A DNA stretch of 64,000 nucleotides from Candidatus Marinacidobacterales bacterium (GTDB taxonomy: Bacteria > Acidobacteriota > Vicinamibacteria > Marinacidobacterales > DATDRI01), in assembly GCA_965219415.1 (NCBI GenBank), contig CBDCNP010000002.1:768001-832000 (forward strand), in the 5' to 3' direction. Below are positions 31,272 to 40,580 of this stretch, one piece after another (position 1 is the stretch's first letter; each line of letters begins with the position of its first letter). Both the position numbers and the translations under genes were made by a program. Under the pieces are notes generated by a model. That model did no database searches. It saw nothing but the letters and a program-made list of their open reading frames with translations, and was not told where the DNA came from.

Positions 31272-31421
31272 CGAACGGCAATTCCCTCTCTTCGCCTCGC
31301 TTGAACGCCCAGTCATCGATCGGATAGCTCCTATCCTTTTGGATAGCCTTTCTCCGCAACACCAAACCGGACACGGCGCCTATCTACAACGAAGCAAAGC
31401 TATTCGACGAAATGCAAACGA

Positions 31422-31437
31422 TGGAACGTCGCTTGCA
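31422..31437 (+). promoter_or_regulatory. Putative sigma54 (-24/-12) promoter
   Basis: TGGAAC-GTCGC-TTGCA (GG-N10-GC), about 50 bp before the ATG. Confidence 0.55.
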
Positions 31438-31485
31438 ATAGACCTCCTACTGGATGAAAGCAATTTCAGAAAGGAGCATCAACGA

Positions 31486-32121
31486 ATGACAAAAAGGATC
31501 GCAGTTCTTCTGCCGGTACTGATGGTGATGGCTGCTGTTTCACCCGCATCGGCGCAAGAGACGCCCAGGTTCGAGATCGGTGTCAACTATTCGATTCTAA
31601 GTGAACAGACGATCGACCAGACGCTGCCCGTCGGCTGGACCGTTCCCGTCGCCTACAACTTCAACAGTTGGCTCGCCGTGGCCGGCGAAGTCGGGGCCAA
31701 CTACCGGAGCGATCGCATCTTCGGCCAAGGAATCGACATCGATGTGTCGACGTATATGGTTGGTCCCAAGTTCACGAAAAGAGGAAAGAACGTGACGTTC
31801 TTCTTTCAGATGCTGGGTGGAGCCGCCCGAGGTGCTGCTAACCTCGATGTAAACTTACCGAACTTCAACCTACCTAACTTAAACTTACGCAACTCACCCA
31901 ACCTTAATCTCCCGAACCGGGCTCTCGATTTGCTCGACCGCGACTTCAGCCGGTCGGCGACCCAGTTCGCTCTTCAACCGGGTGGTGGCATCGACGTTAG
32001 TGTTTCGGACAACGTAGCCATTCGATTGCAAGGCGATTATCGCGCGATTCTCGCTGACACGACGCTCAACCAGTTTCGGTTGGGTGCGGGAGTCGTCTTC
32101 AAGTTGGGAAGGCACCAGTAA
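31486..32121 (+). CDS. Outer-membrane beta-barrel protein
   Basis: AAGGAG SD, signal peptide ending ASAQ, TYMVGP, QPGGGIDV, FRLGAGVVF. Confidence 0.85.
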   Translation: MTKRIAVLLPVLMVMAAVSPASAQETPRFEIGVNYSILSEQTIDQTLPVGWTVPVAYNFNSWLAVAGEVGANYRSDRIFGQGIDIDVSTYMVGPKFTKRGKNVTFFFQMLGGAARGAANLDVNLPNFNLPNLNLRNSPNLNLPNRALDLLDRDFSRSATQFALQPGGGIDVSVSDNVAIRLQGDYRAILADTTLNQFRLGAGVVFKLGRHQ

Positions 32122-32216
32122 GTCCACTGGCGCCGGCGGAGGTCCGGCGAAGGCTAAAAGGCACCAGTCGTCGTCGGTCCTCCCCCCTTCTCTTTCATCT
32201 AACCGAAGCGAAGCGC

Positions 32217-33341
32217 TCAAACGAGCTCGGTGATGTACTTGTCTTTGGCCAGCCGCCACAACGAAGCGAGGAATGCGGTGAGAGGAATGGCAAGGATCAT
32301 TCCCAAGATGCCACCGAGCGCCGTACCCCAAAAGAAGATAGCGATAATGATGGCGATGGCGGGAAGCCCGGTGCGGTCGCCCATGATTCGTGGCGTAAGG
32401 ACATACCCCTCGATTAGCTGTACGACAACATAAACGACAGCGACGCCGATCAGCATTTGTAGACCTCCCCCGGTCTGGAAGAACGCGAGGGGAATAGTAA
32501 TGCTCAGTCCGATGATGCTGCCCAGATACGGGATGACGTTCAGCAAGCCCAACATCAATCCCAGGATGAAGCCATACTTGAGCCCGACGATGCTGAACCC
32601 GAGTGCGAAAAGCAAGCCCTGAAGGAAGGCGATAAGGAGCTGCCCTCGAAAGAAGGCGACCACGATGTCAACGAACTCCTTGATGAGGTAAACAACGTCT
32701 TTTCGGGTCTCTTCTTTCAAGAGCGGTAGGAGCTGCGCCGCGTCGAAACGGGTCGGCGTCATCAGGAAAAAAGCGAAGTAGACCGGCAATATGGCCCAAC
32801 CGAATAGAGCTCCCAACCCACGGACTATGCCCCGGCCGGCGGTGATGGCTCCCTGGCCGAAGATTTGAAGACCCTCGACAAGGTTCTCCCCTTGCCCCTC
32901 CAGCGTCTGGCGAATCCGCTGTCCCCAGGGATTGTTCTCTAGAAATCCGACCACCCGAGGCCATCGCTCTTTTACGAACACTTGAATTTGCGTCCACCAT
33001 TCCGGTAGTTGCTCCACCAGCCCCACCAGCTGCTCCACGGCGATGGCTCCGAAGAACCACAAAAACGCCCCCACTGGAACGAGCACCGACAAGAGGATGG
33101 CCACCAGGGCGAGGACCCCGGGAAGACGTAAACGCTCCCGTAGCCAATCGTAGTAGGGGCGACACACCAGCGCCGCAACGCCTCCCACCGCTAGGGGAAG
33201 GAAAACGACCGAGAAGGTGTGGAGAAACCAGGATACCAACCAGAAGAAAGCGCCAACCGCGACGAGGATGATGACCACCGAGAGAATCGTGATGGCGGTG
33301 GCAACCGTCTTGGCTTGGCGATCCGTGAGTGTCAGTGCCAT
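32217..33341 (-). CDS. AI-2E family transporter (PerM-like)
   Basis: FFRGQ, IPYLG, QLIEGYVLTPRIMG, GILGMILAIPL. Confidence 0.9.
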   Translation of the reverse strand: MALTLTDRQAKTVATAITILSVVIILVAVGAFFWLVSWFLHTFSVVFLPLAVGGVAALVCRPYYDWLRERLRLPGVLALVAILLSVLVPVGAFLWFFGAIAVEQLVGLVEQLPEWWTQIQVFVKERWPRVVGFLENNPWGQRIRQTLEGQGENLVEGLQIFGQGAITAGRGIVRGLGALFGWAILPVYFAFFLMTPTRFDAAQLLPLLKEETRKDVVYLIKEFVDIVVAFFRGQLLIAFLQGLLFALGFSIVGLKYGFILGLMLGLLNVIPYLGSIIGLSITIPLAFFQTGGGLQMLIGVAVVYVVVQLIEGYVLTPRIMGDRTGLPAIAIIIAIFFWGTALGGILGMILAIPLTAFLASLWRLAKDKYITELV

Positions 33342-33365
33342 GGATGCGAACCGTCACCCTTTTTC

Positions 33366-34181
33366 TTACGAGGCTCCGATCTTGCTGCGCCGCGCGTGTT
33401 CCAACGACGGAAGCCGGTATCGAACGTCCTTCAGGAGATCGAAATCGATATCACAGATGAGGGCCGCCTCTTTGTCTTGACATTGGCCCACAATCTGTCC
33501 CCAAGGGTCGACGATCATCGTCCTCCCGAAGCTGGCGCGGCGTTCATTGTGTTGACCAAACTGAGCGGGGGCGACGACGTAACACTGATTCTCGATGGCT
33601 CGCGCGCGAAGTAGCGTTTCCCAGTGGTCTTTGCCGGTCGGAACGGTGAACGCTGCGGGAACGAAAAGAATCTCCGCGCCGCGCAGTGCGAGTGCCCGAT
33701 AGAGCTCTGGAAATCGGAGGTCGTAACAGATTGATAGCCCCACGACGTGGTTGAACACTTCGACGGTCACGATGGATTTTCCAGGCTCGACGTAGCTGGA
33801 CTCCTTGAAGTTGTGCTGCTTGTCAACGGCCACGTCGAACAGGTGCATCTTGTCGTACCGAGCCACCAGATCCCCCTCCGGGTTATAGACCAGACAGGTA
33901 TTGGTAACTTTCGACCGGCTCTCCGTCCTGAGCGGCACGCTACCCCCGACCACATGGACACGATGCTCGGCCGCGAACACTCTGAGGAACTGAACGCTCG
34001 GACCCGCATCGGTCTCGGCGACGCGAACCTGTTCGGCCTCCCCGCCGAGGAACGAGAAATTCTCCGGAAGGGCGACCACCTGAGCCCCGGCCAGAACGGC
34101 TTCCTCCATGAAGCCACGCGCCTTCTCAATATTCGCGTCCCGATTCTCGGTAGAGCACATTTGGATGGCGGCGATACGCAT
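33366..34181 (-). CDS. Carbon-nitrogen hydrolase (Nit1/YbeM-like amidase)
   Basis: LPE, YDKMHLFD, ICYDLRFPE, RARAIENQ. Confidence 0.9.
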   Translation of the reverse strand: MRIAAIQMCSTENRDANIEKARGFMEEAVLAGAQVVALPENFSFLGGEAEQVRVAETDAGPSVQFLRVFAAEHRVHVVGGSVPLRTESRSKVTNTCLVYNPEGDLVARYDKMHLFDVAVDKQHNFKESSYVEPGKSIVTVEVFNHVVGLSICYDLRFPELYRALALRGAEILFVPAAFTVPTGKDHWETLLRARAIENQCYVVAPAQFGQHNERRASFGRTMIVDPWGQIVGQCQDKEAALICDIDFDLLKDVRYRLPSLEHARRSKIGAS

Positions 34182-34183
34182 GA

Positions 34184-35005
34184 CTAGAGTTTGCTCCCAA
34201 TCCACACTGCCTGGAAGAGGCCTTTTCCGGCATCCTTGGGTTTGTCGGGCTCGAAGTCGATGAAGGAGAACGTTCCGTCACCACCGAAGCCGGTGGTGAT
34301 GTCGATGCCCCGAGCCCCTTGCGAAGAAGCCTCGAAGTAGTGGAAGTTGTCACGGGTCGTTGAAAGCGTGTTCATTCGCCCCGGAGTGAGAATCTCGTTA
34401 TGCGTCTCTCTTATGAGGAAGGTTGTGGGAGAGCCCGAATTGTACGCTGGAGCGTCGCCTTCGATCTCGAAGTTGCGAATCCGCGCTTCGCCCTCGACTG
34501 CAAGAGTGCAAACGGCGGCGTTGGGATGACAATGGGCAGGGAGAATAGCGCCTGGCTCCATTCGCCATTGGACGACGAAGAAAGGAGACCCGCGGTGACT
34601 CACCCCAAACTCTACTTTGGGCTCGAGGTTCCCGAAGGCGCCAAGTTCATGACTCGGAACCTCTGCTATTCGCGCCGCGAAGGACGCGATGCGGTAAAGG
34701 TAGGCATCTTCGTTCACGTCTTCGGTTTCGTAAAGCTCCTTGGCCGCCGGCACACACTCCTTAAGAAACTCCTCCCAAGTGAGACCCGTTTCTTCCTCGC
34801 CGGCCGTCGACTCTCCTCGCGCTATTCCTCGGTTAAACACTATCGCGGCCGCAGCAATCGGCAACCAAAAGAGTCGGCGACGTTCCAGAATCACGCCTGG
34901 AGACAATTCATCATCGCCGCTTTCCAAGCAAACACCTTTAGGTATCCAAGTCACGAGAACTCCCGGCTTTTCTCTGGACTCTCCCCCTCGACGGGGAGAG
35001 TACAT
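34184..35005 (-). CDS. Cupin-fold protein resembling thiol dioxygenases (ADO/PCO-like); start uncertain
   Basis: LPAHCHP and RDNFHYF His motifs; RRR-hydrophobic Tat-like segment near residue 40. Confidence 0.55.
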   Translation of the reverse strand: MYSPRRGGESREKPGVLVTWIPKGVCLESGDDELSPGVILERRRLFWLPIAAAAIVFNRGIARGESTAGEEETGLTWEEFLKECVPAAKELYETEDVNEDAYLYRIASFAARIAEVPSHELGAFGNLEPKVEFGVSHRGSPFFVVQWRMEPGAILPAHCHPNAAVCTLAVEGEARIRNFEIEGDAPAYNSGSPTTFLIRETHNEILTPGRMNTLSTTRDNFHYFEASSQGARGIDITTGFGGDGTFSFIDFEPDKPKDAGKGLFQAVWIGSKL

Positions 35006-35040
35006 CAGTCAAGGGTACAAATCGAGCCGCCGATTGCGGT

Positions 35041-37458
35041 ATGGTAAACGCCGTGAGCGATTTCGAAAGATTGGGGGCGTTCTACCTGGGGCGCCGTTAC
35101 GATGTGGAGGAAAGGGCTTCGAGCGACGAACCCGTCCTCTACGACGCCAAGGATCTAACAACCCACGGCCTTATCGTAGGTATGACCGGGAGCGGCAAGA
35201 CCGGTCTTTCAGTCGTGCTCCTCGAGGAAGCCGCGATCGACGGCATCCCCGCACTAATCATTGACCCCAAGGGCGACATGGGAAACCTCTTACTCAGCTT
35301 CCCGAAGCTTCAGCCTTCCGACTTCAGGCCCTGGATCGACGAGAGCGAGGCAAGCCGCAAGGGAGTCGACCCCGCTACCTACGCCGCACAGACGGCAGAG
35401 AAATGGCAGAGCGGCTTAGCCGACTGGGGACAGAATCGAAAGCGCATCAAGAAATTCCGTGGCTCGGTCGACCTCGCCATCTACACTCCAGGCAGCGAGG
35501 CGGGCCTGCCCCTTTCGATGCTCCGTTCGTTCGCCGCCCCTCCCGCCGACCAAGCGAAGGACTCCGATGCGCTTCGCGAACGCATTCTCACCGCCGTCTC
35601 GGGCCTGCTCGGCTTGCTCGGACTGACGGGCGCCAAAGCCGATCCGATCCGAAGCCGCGAGCACATTCTCCTATCGAAGCTCCTCGAAGAAGCGTGGAGC
35701 GAAGGCCGTGACATGGATATCGCGAGCCTCATTCGCGGCATCCAAGAGCCGCCGTTCGAAAAGTTGGGGGTGATGGATCTGGAATCCTTCTTCCCTTCGA
35801 AAGATCGGCGCGATCTCGCGATGCAGCTCAATAACCTTCTCGCTTCACCGGCCTTCGAGGTCTGGAGGAAGGGCGAGCCTCTCGACGTCCAGCGCTTACT
35901 CTTTACCCCGGAGGGGCGCCCACGGCATTCGATCTTTTCGATCGCCCACTTGTCCGACGCGGAGCGCATGTTTTTCGTGAGTATGTTGCTCAACGAAGTG
36001 ATCGCATGGATGAGGATGCTCCCGGGCACCGGTAGCCTTCGCGCCATCCTCTATATGGACGAGATATATGGCTACTTCCCTCCAATCGCCGTCCCACCCT
36101 CGAAAATCCCCATGCTCACCCTTCTCAAGCAAGCGCGGGCTTACGGCGTCGGTGTGCTGCTCGCAACCCAAAACCCTGTCGATCTGGACTACAAAGGGCT
36201 ATCGAACACTGGAACCTGGTTTCTTGGAAGGCTTCAGACGGAGCGTGACAAAGAGCGCGTCATCGATGGGCTCGGAGGAGCGTCGGGTGGCAAACGATTC
36301 GACCGGCGGAAGACGGAACAGCTTTTGGCGGGGCTAGGAAAGAGGGTGTTCCTCATGCACAACGTGCATGAGGACAAGCCCACGTTGTTTCAGACACGCT
36401 GGGCACTCTCCTATCTGAGAGGGCCCCTGACCAAGTCCCAGATCGAGACCTTGATGGCGCGGCGCAAGAAAGCGTCGCCGGCCGAACCCGAACCGAGAAA
36501 AGAAAGGCCCGGGAGGGTTCGGTCCGAGAGACCCATTGTCCCGCGCGAGATCCCTCAAGGGTTCCTGCCAGTCCGCGATGGCTCCGCCGAGACGAGCCGA
36601 CTCGTGTATCGGCCTGCGTTGCGTGCCACGACGCGTCTCCACTACGTCAGTGTCCGAAGCAAAGTCGACCACTGGGAGACGGTCTCGTTGCTCCTTCCGC
36701 TTTCGAGCAGCAAGTCCGATTTGAATTGGGACCATGCCGCGTTGAAAAAGGGCGAGCAACCCGCCCTTCAGAAGACCGACGCCGAGGGCGTGGGCTTCAC
36801 GAAGCTGCCTCCAGCCGCCACGCAAGCGAAGAACTACAAGAGATGGGGCACTTCCCTTCGCAATTACCTTTACCAAAACCGTCTCCTTACGCTTTGGAAG
36901 AGCGCCGAGCTTCGAACGACCTCGCGGATCGGCGAGGACCAGGCCGCCTTTCGCACCCGACTCACGCAGGCGCTCCGGGAGAAGAGAGACAAGGAGATCG
37001 AGAAGCTGCGGAAGCGCTACGCCCCCAAGCTCGCCCGGCTTCAGAAGAGGATCCAAAAAGCGGAAGAACGCGTGGAGAGAGAGAAAGGGCAATACAACGA
37101 ACGGAAGTACCAGACCGCGATTTCTTTCGGTGCGACGCTTCTAGGAGCTCTCCTTGGGCGCAGAGTGAGCGGCCGCGCCACAACGGCCGCTCGCTCGGCG
37201 GGGCGGGCGGCGCGGGAAAAAGGAGATGTTTCACGAGCCGAGAGACAAGTCGAGCAACACCACGTGGAACTGCAAGAACTCGAGGAAACCTTCGAGGAAG
37301 AGGTGGAGGCTCTTCGTGAGCTCCCCGACCCCGCGACGCTAGAGTTGGAAGAGATTCCGATTCGGCCCCGGAAATCGGATATTACCGTTAGCCGACTCGC
37401 CCTGGCTTGGACCCCTTGGGAGCGAACCGAAGACGACGTGCTCAAGCCGAGGTACTAG
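35041..37458 (+). CDS. HerA/DUF87-like P-loop ATPase with C-terminal coiled coil
   Basis: GMTGSGKT, IDPKGD, YMDE, ATQNPVDLDYK. Confidence 0.85.
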   Translation: MVNAVSDFERLGAFYLGRRYDVEERASSDEPVLYDAKDLTTHGLIVGMTGSGKTGLSVVLLEEAAIDGIPALIIDPKGDMGNLLLSFPKLQPSDFRPWIDESEASRKGVDPATYAAQTAEKWQSGLADWGQNRKRIKKFRGSVDLAIYTPGSEAGLPLSMLRSFAAPPADQAKDSDALRERILTAVSGLLGLLGLTGAKADPIRSREHILLSKLLEEAWSEGRDMDIASLIRGIQEPPFEKLGVMDLESFFPSKDRRDLAMQLNNLLASPAFEVWRKGEPLDVQRLLFTPEGRPRHSIFSIAHLSDAERMFFVSMLLNEVIAWMRMLPGTGSLRAILYMDEIYGYFPPIAVPPSKIPMLTLLKQARAYGVGVLLATQNPVDLDYKGLSNTGTWFLGRLQTERDKERVIDGLGGASGGKRFDRRKTEQLLAGLGKRVFLMHNVHEDKPTLFQTRWALSYLRGPLTKSQIETLMARRKKASPAEPEPRKERPGRVRSERPIVPREIPQGFLPVRDGSAETSRLVYRPALRATTRLHYVSVRSKVDHWETVSLLLPLSSSKSDLNWDHAALKKGEQPALQKTDAEGVGFTKLPPAATQAKNYKRWGTSLRNYLYQNRLLTLWKSAELRTTSRIGEDQAAFRTRLTQALREKRDKEIEKLRKRYAPKLARLQKRIQKAEERVEREKGQYNERKYQTAISFGATLLGALLGRRVSGRATTAARSAGRAAREKGDVSRAERQVEQHHVELQELEETFEEEVEALRELPDPATLELEEIPIRPRKSDITVSRLALAWTPWERTEDDVLKPRY

Positions 37459-37467
37459 CGGAGCACT

Positions 37468-37926
37468 CTATTTCTTGAGCCACTGGAAGACCTCGAGTGT
37501 GTATCCCTCGGGGTCTTTGAATCCAAAGGCGCGCACGTTGACCTTCGTACTGTCCTTGGGTGGATTGGGCACATCGACACCCTGCTTTTTCAAGTAGCTG
37601 TACCAAGCGTCGGCGTCTTCGACGACGAGACTCACCATTACCGGCTTGTCCTTTGACGGGCGGTGCGCCCCTCCGGTAGCGCTGACCAGCCCTACGATAG
37701 AGCCGGGTGACGTTTCATACATCTTGACCCAATCGAGGTCGAGCGTGGCTTTCAAACCAAGCGTCTCGCCATAGAACTTGCTTGCAAGCTCGAGGTCCTC
37801 GAAGTAGAGAAAAGTGACTTGCCCCGAAACAGGCGGCGCCTCACCAGAAAACGACGGGACCGCCGCCATCAAGATACACACCATTGCTAGGATAATCGTT
37901 ACAACAAGAATCTTCACTGCCTTCAC
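37468..37926 (-). CDS. VOC/glyoxalase family protein with signal peptide
   Basis: FYGETLGL, FKDPEGYTLEV. Confidence 0.85.
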   Translation of the reverse strand: MKAVKILVVTIILAMVCILMAAVPSFSGEAPPVSGQVTFLYFEDLELASKFYGETLGLKATLDLDWVKMYETSPGSIVGLVSATGGAHRPSKDKPVMVSLVVEDADAWYSYLKKQGVDVPNPPKDSTKVNVRAFGFKDPEGYTLEVFQWLKK

Positions 37927-37929
37927 TCC

Positions 37930-38685
37930 TTAGAAAGTCTGGCCGAGAAGTGTTTGGAGCTTCTCCCGGTAACTCCGGCTCAAATTCAACCGCGCGCCGT
38001 CCTGTAGTATCACGATGTAGTCCCCATGAAAAGCGGGTTGCATCTCCTTAATCCGATCTACCTGGACAATCGTGGATCGATGTATACGGACGAACTTTTC
38101 AGGGTCCAAACGTGCCTCGAGGCGGCCCATCGTCTCCCGCATGAGGTGCGTCGTCGGTCCAACATGAAGCTGTACGTAGTTGCCCGCCGCTTCGACCCAG
38201 TCGATCTCGTCGGCGCGCAAGAAAAATACCCGGCCCGCCGACTTGATGACGAATCGCTCCGGATGCTTGGACACTTTTTTGACGTCCTTCGGCAGAGCGA
38301 GAAGTCTGTCACCCAATGTTCCTCGTTCCCCGAGCTGGGCGCGTGCCCGTTCGAGCGCCTTCTGGAACCGCTCTCGGTCGAAGGGCTTCAGCAAATAGTC
38401 CAGCGCGTGCACATCGAAGGCGCGGAGAGCGTAACGATCGTAGGCGGTGACGAACACAACCGCCGGCACTCGCTCCGGGCCGACCGCTCGCAGCACCGCG
38501 AATCCGTCCATCTCCGGCATCTGGACGTCCAGGAACAAGAGCTCGGGACTCTTCTCTCTAATCGCGGACACCGCTTCCTTCCCGTCCCCGCACTCCCCGA
38601 CTAGTTCGATGTCGGGTTCGTCGCAAAGCAGCGTTCGGATCCGCTCCCGAGCCAGAGGCTCGTCGTCGACGATGAGGGTGCGCAT
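37930..38685 (-). CDS. LytTR-family response regulator
   Basis: VDDEPLAR, FLDVQMP, FVTAYD, KPF, FVRIHRS. Confidence 0.95.
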   Translation of the reverse strand: MRTLIVDDEPLARERIRTLLCDEPDIELVGECGDGKEAVSAIREKSPELLFLDVQMPEMDGFAVLRAVGPERVPAVVFVTAYDRYALRAFDVHALDYLLKPFDRERFQKALERARAQLGERGTLGDRLLALPKDVKKVSKHPERFVIKSAGRVFFLRADEIDWVEAAGNYVQLHVGPTTHLMRETMGRLEARLDPEKFVRIHRSTIVQVDRIKEMQPAFHGDYIVILQDGARLNLSRSYREKLQTLLGQTF

Positions 38686-38832
38686 ACGGAGATGAATAAT
38701 ATAAGTTAGAGCGGTATCCTGCTAGTGGCGCGTGAGCGCCGCCGGCCGAGAGCCCTCAGCCCGCGCGCAGTCGCTTGCCGACGAAGCGCGAAGGCGTGGG
38801 GGTGGGGCCCCGCGCCACTAGATGATGTCATC

Positions 38833-39582
38833 ATGCACAAACTAGTGCTCATTCGACACGGCCAAAGCACCTGGAACCTGGAGAACCGCTTCACCGGCTG
38901 GACGGATGTCGGATTGACAGAGAAGGGGACCCAGGATGCGATCGAGGCCGGACGGGTCTTGCGGGACGAGGGTTACGTTTTCGATGTCGCCTACACCTCT
39001 CTGCTAAAACGGGCCATCAAGACGTTGTGGCTTGCCCTGGAAGAGATGGATCTCATGTGGATCCCGGTGCACCGCAGCTGGCGCCTCAACGAGCGTCACT
39101 ACGGCGGGCTTCAGGGTCTCAACAAGGCGGAGACTGCAGAAAAACACGGGATCGAGCAAACCAATGTGTGGCGACGCAGCTACGACGTACCCCCTCCGGC
39201 GCTCACTCCTGACGATAAGCGGTTCCCGGGTAAGGATCCGCGGTACGCCGATCTCCCGTCTGATGAGCTCCCCTTGACGGAATGCCTAAAGGATACGGTC
39301 GAGCGGTTTCTTCCCCATTGGCACGAGACCATCGCACCGAGCGTCAAGGACGGCCAGCGCGTCGTGATCTCTGCACACGGCAACAGCATTCGCGCCCTGG
39401 TGAAGTATCTCGACAAGGTCTCGGATCAGGAGATCGCGGGGCTCAATATCCCCACCGGAATTCCGCTCGTTTACGAGCTGGAGGACGATCTGACGGCCAT
39501 CCGCAGTTTCTATCTCGGAGATGCCGAGGCGGTGAAGCGAGCCACCGAAGCGGTGGCCGGCCAGTTGAAACAAAAGAAGTGA
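38833..39582 (+). CDS. gpmA: 2,3-bisphosphoglycerate-dependent phosphoglycerate mutase
   Basis: [26 protein letters not shown]. Confidence 0.96.
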   Translation: MHKLVLIRHGQSTWNLENRFTGWTDVGLTEKGTQDAIEAGRVLRDEGYVFDVAYTSLLKRAIKTLWLALEEMDLMWIPVHRSWRLNERHYGGLQGLNKAETAEKHGIEQTNVWRRSYDVPPPALTPDDKRFPGKDPRYADLPSDELPLTECLKDTVERFLPHWHETIAPSVKDGQRVVISAHGNSIRALVKYLDKVSDQEIAGLNIPTGIPLVYELEDDLTAIRSFYLGDAEAVKRATEAVAGQLKQKK

Positions 39583-39586
39583 ACCC

Positions 39587-40576
39587 TCACTCCTCGCCAC
39601 TTTTGGACAGCGGGATAGCGAGGTTCACCGCCAAACCTCCTCCCACCGCATCGGAAAGCTCGAATCGATGGCGAGCACCATAGAGCTGCTCGAGACGGGC
39701 GCGAGTATTCGCTGGTCCTATCCCACCAGTCCCCTCGCTCCCGTCACTCTCCCCGGGAAGACCCGGGCCGTCGTCTCGAATCTCGAGGTCGAGCATGCCG
39801 CTGTCGCGCCGTGCCTCGATCTCAATCCGACCTCCGGCCGCCCGCGGGGCGATGCCGTGACGGATCGCATTCTCCACCAGCGGCTGCAGTATCAGATTCG
39901 GCACCCGGGCATCGAGCAACTCCGGATCGACGCTGACCTCGACGACCAAGCGATCACCGAATCGAACTTTCTCGATCTCGATATAGCGATCGAGGAACTC
40001 CAACTCTTGCTTCAGAGAAACCTCTTGCACGCCGACGTTCTCGAGCGAGTGCCGGAGCAGATCGCTCAGTCGAGTCAGCATGCGCTCCGCAGCCTCGACG
40101 TCTCGATGCATGAGTGTGGAGATAGCGTGGAGTGTGTTGAACAAGAAGTGTGGGTGGAGCTGCATCTTCAGAACTTGAAGCTGAGCCTCCGCCAAGCGCG
40201 TCTCGAGCTGAGACGCTCGGAGCTCCCGCTCTCGATACTTGCGGTAATAGTTGACGGTCAAGCCGACTCCAAGAATTGCCCAATACGTCAGCACGTTCGA
40301 ATGGAGCTCATAGGCGGAGGAGACCGGTATGTCCAGGCCGGTGACACGAGGGAGGAGCCACGCGTCCATACCGACCTTGACGAGCGAGAAGAGGATGCCC
40401 GCCGGTAGATGGACGACGATCGCGCGTAGCCAGGTTCGGCGTTGAAACGGGAAGCGCCCGCCGAGCCAGAAGATGGCAGGCGCCAATACGCCCCATCCGT
40501 ACCACTTCGTTAGGGACATAAGGAGCGGCAAGCGCCAGTCGAAATCCTCCCCCCGATACGAGTAAATGAGGAAGAC
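39587..40576 (-). pseudogene. LytS-family sensor histidine kinase, 5'-truncated
   Basis: QLHPHFLFNTL, LQPLVENAIRHG, DDGPG. The frame hits a TAA upstream of VFLIYSYRG and lacks the first TM. Confidence 0.75.
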
Positions 40577-40580
40577 TTAG

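Noticed and set aside
35041-37458. HerA-like ATPase as a defence system
   Set aside because: No adjacent NurA, SIR2 or nuclease partner; neighbours are metabolic.
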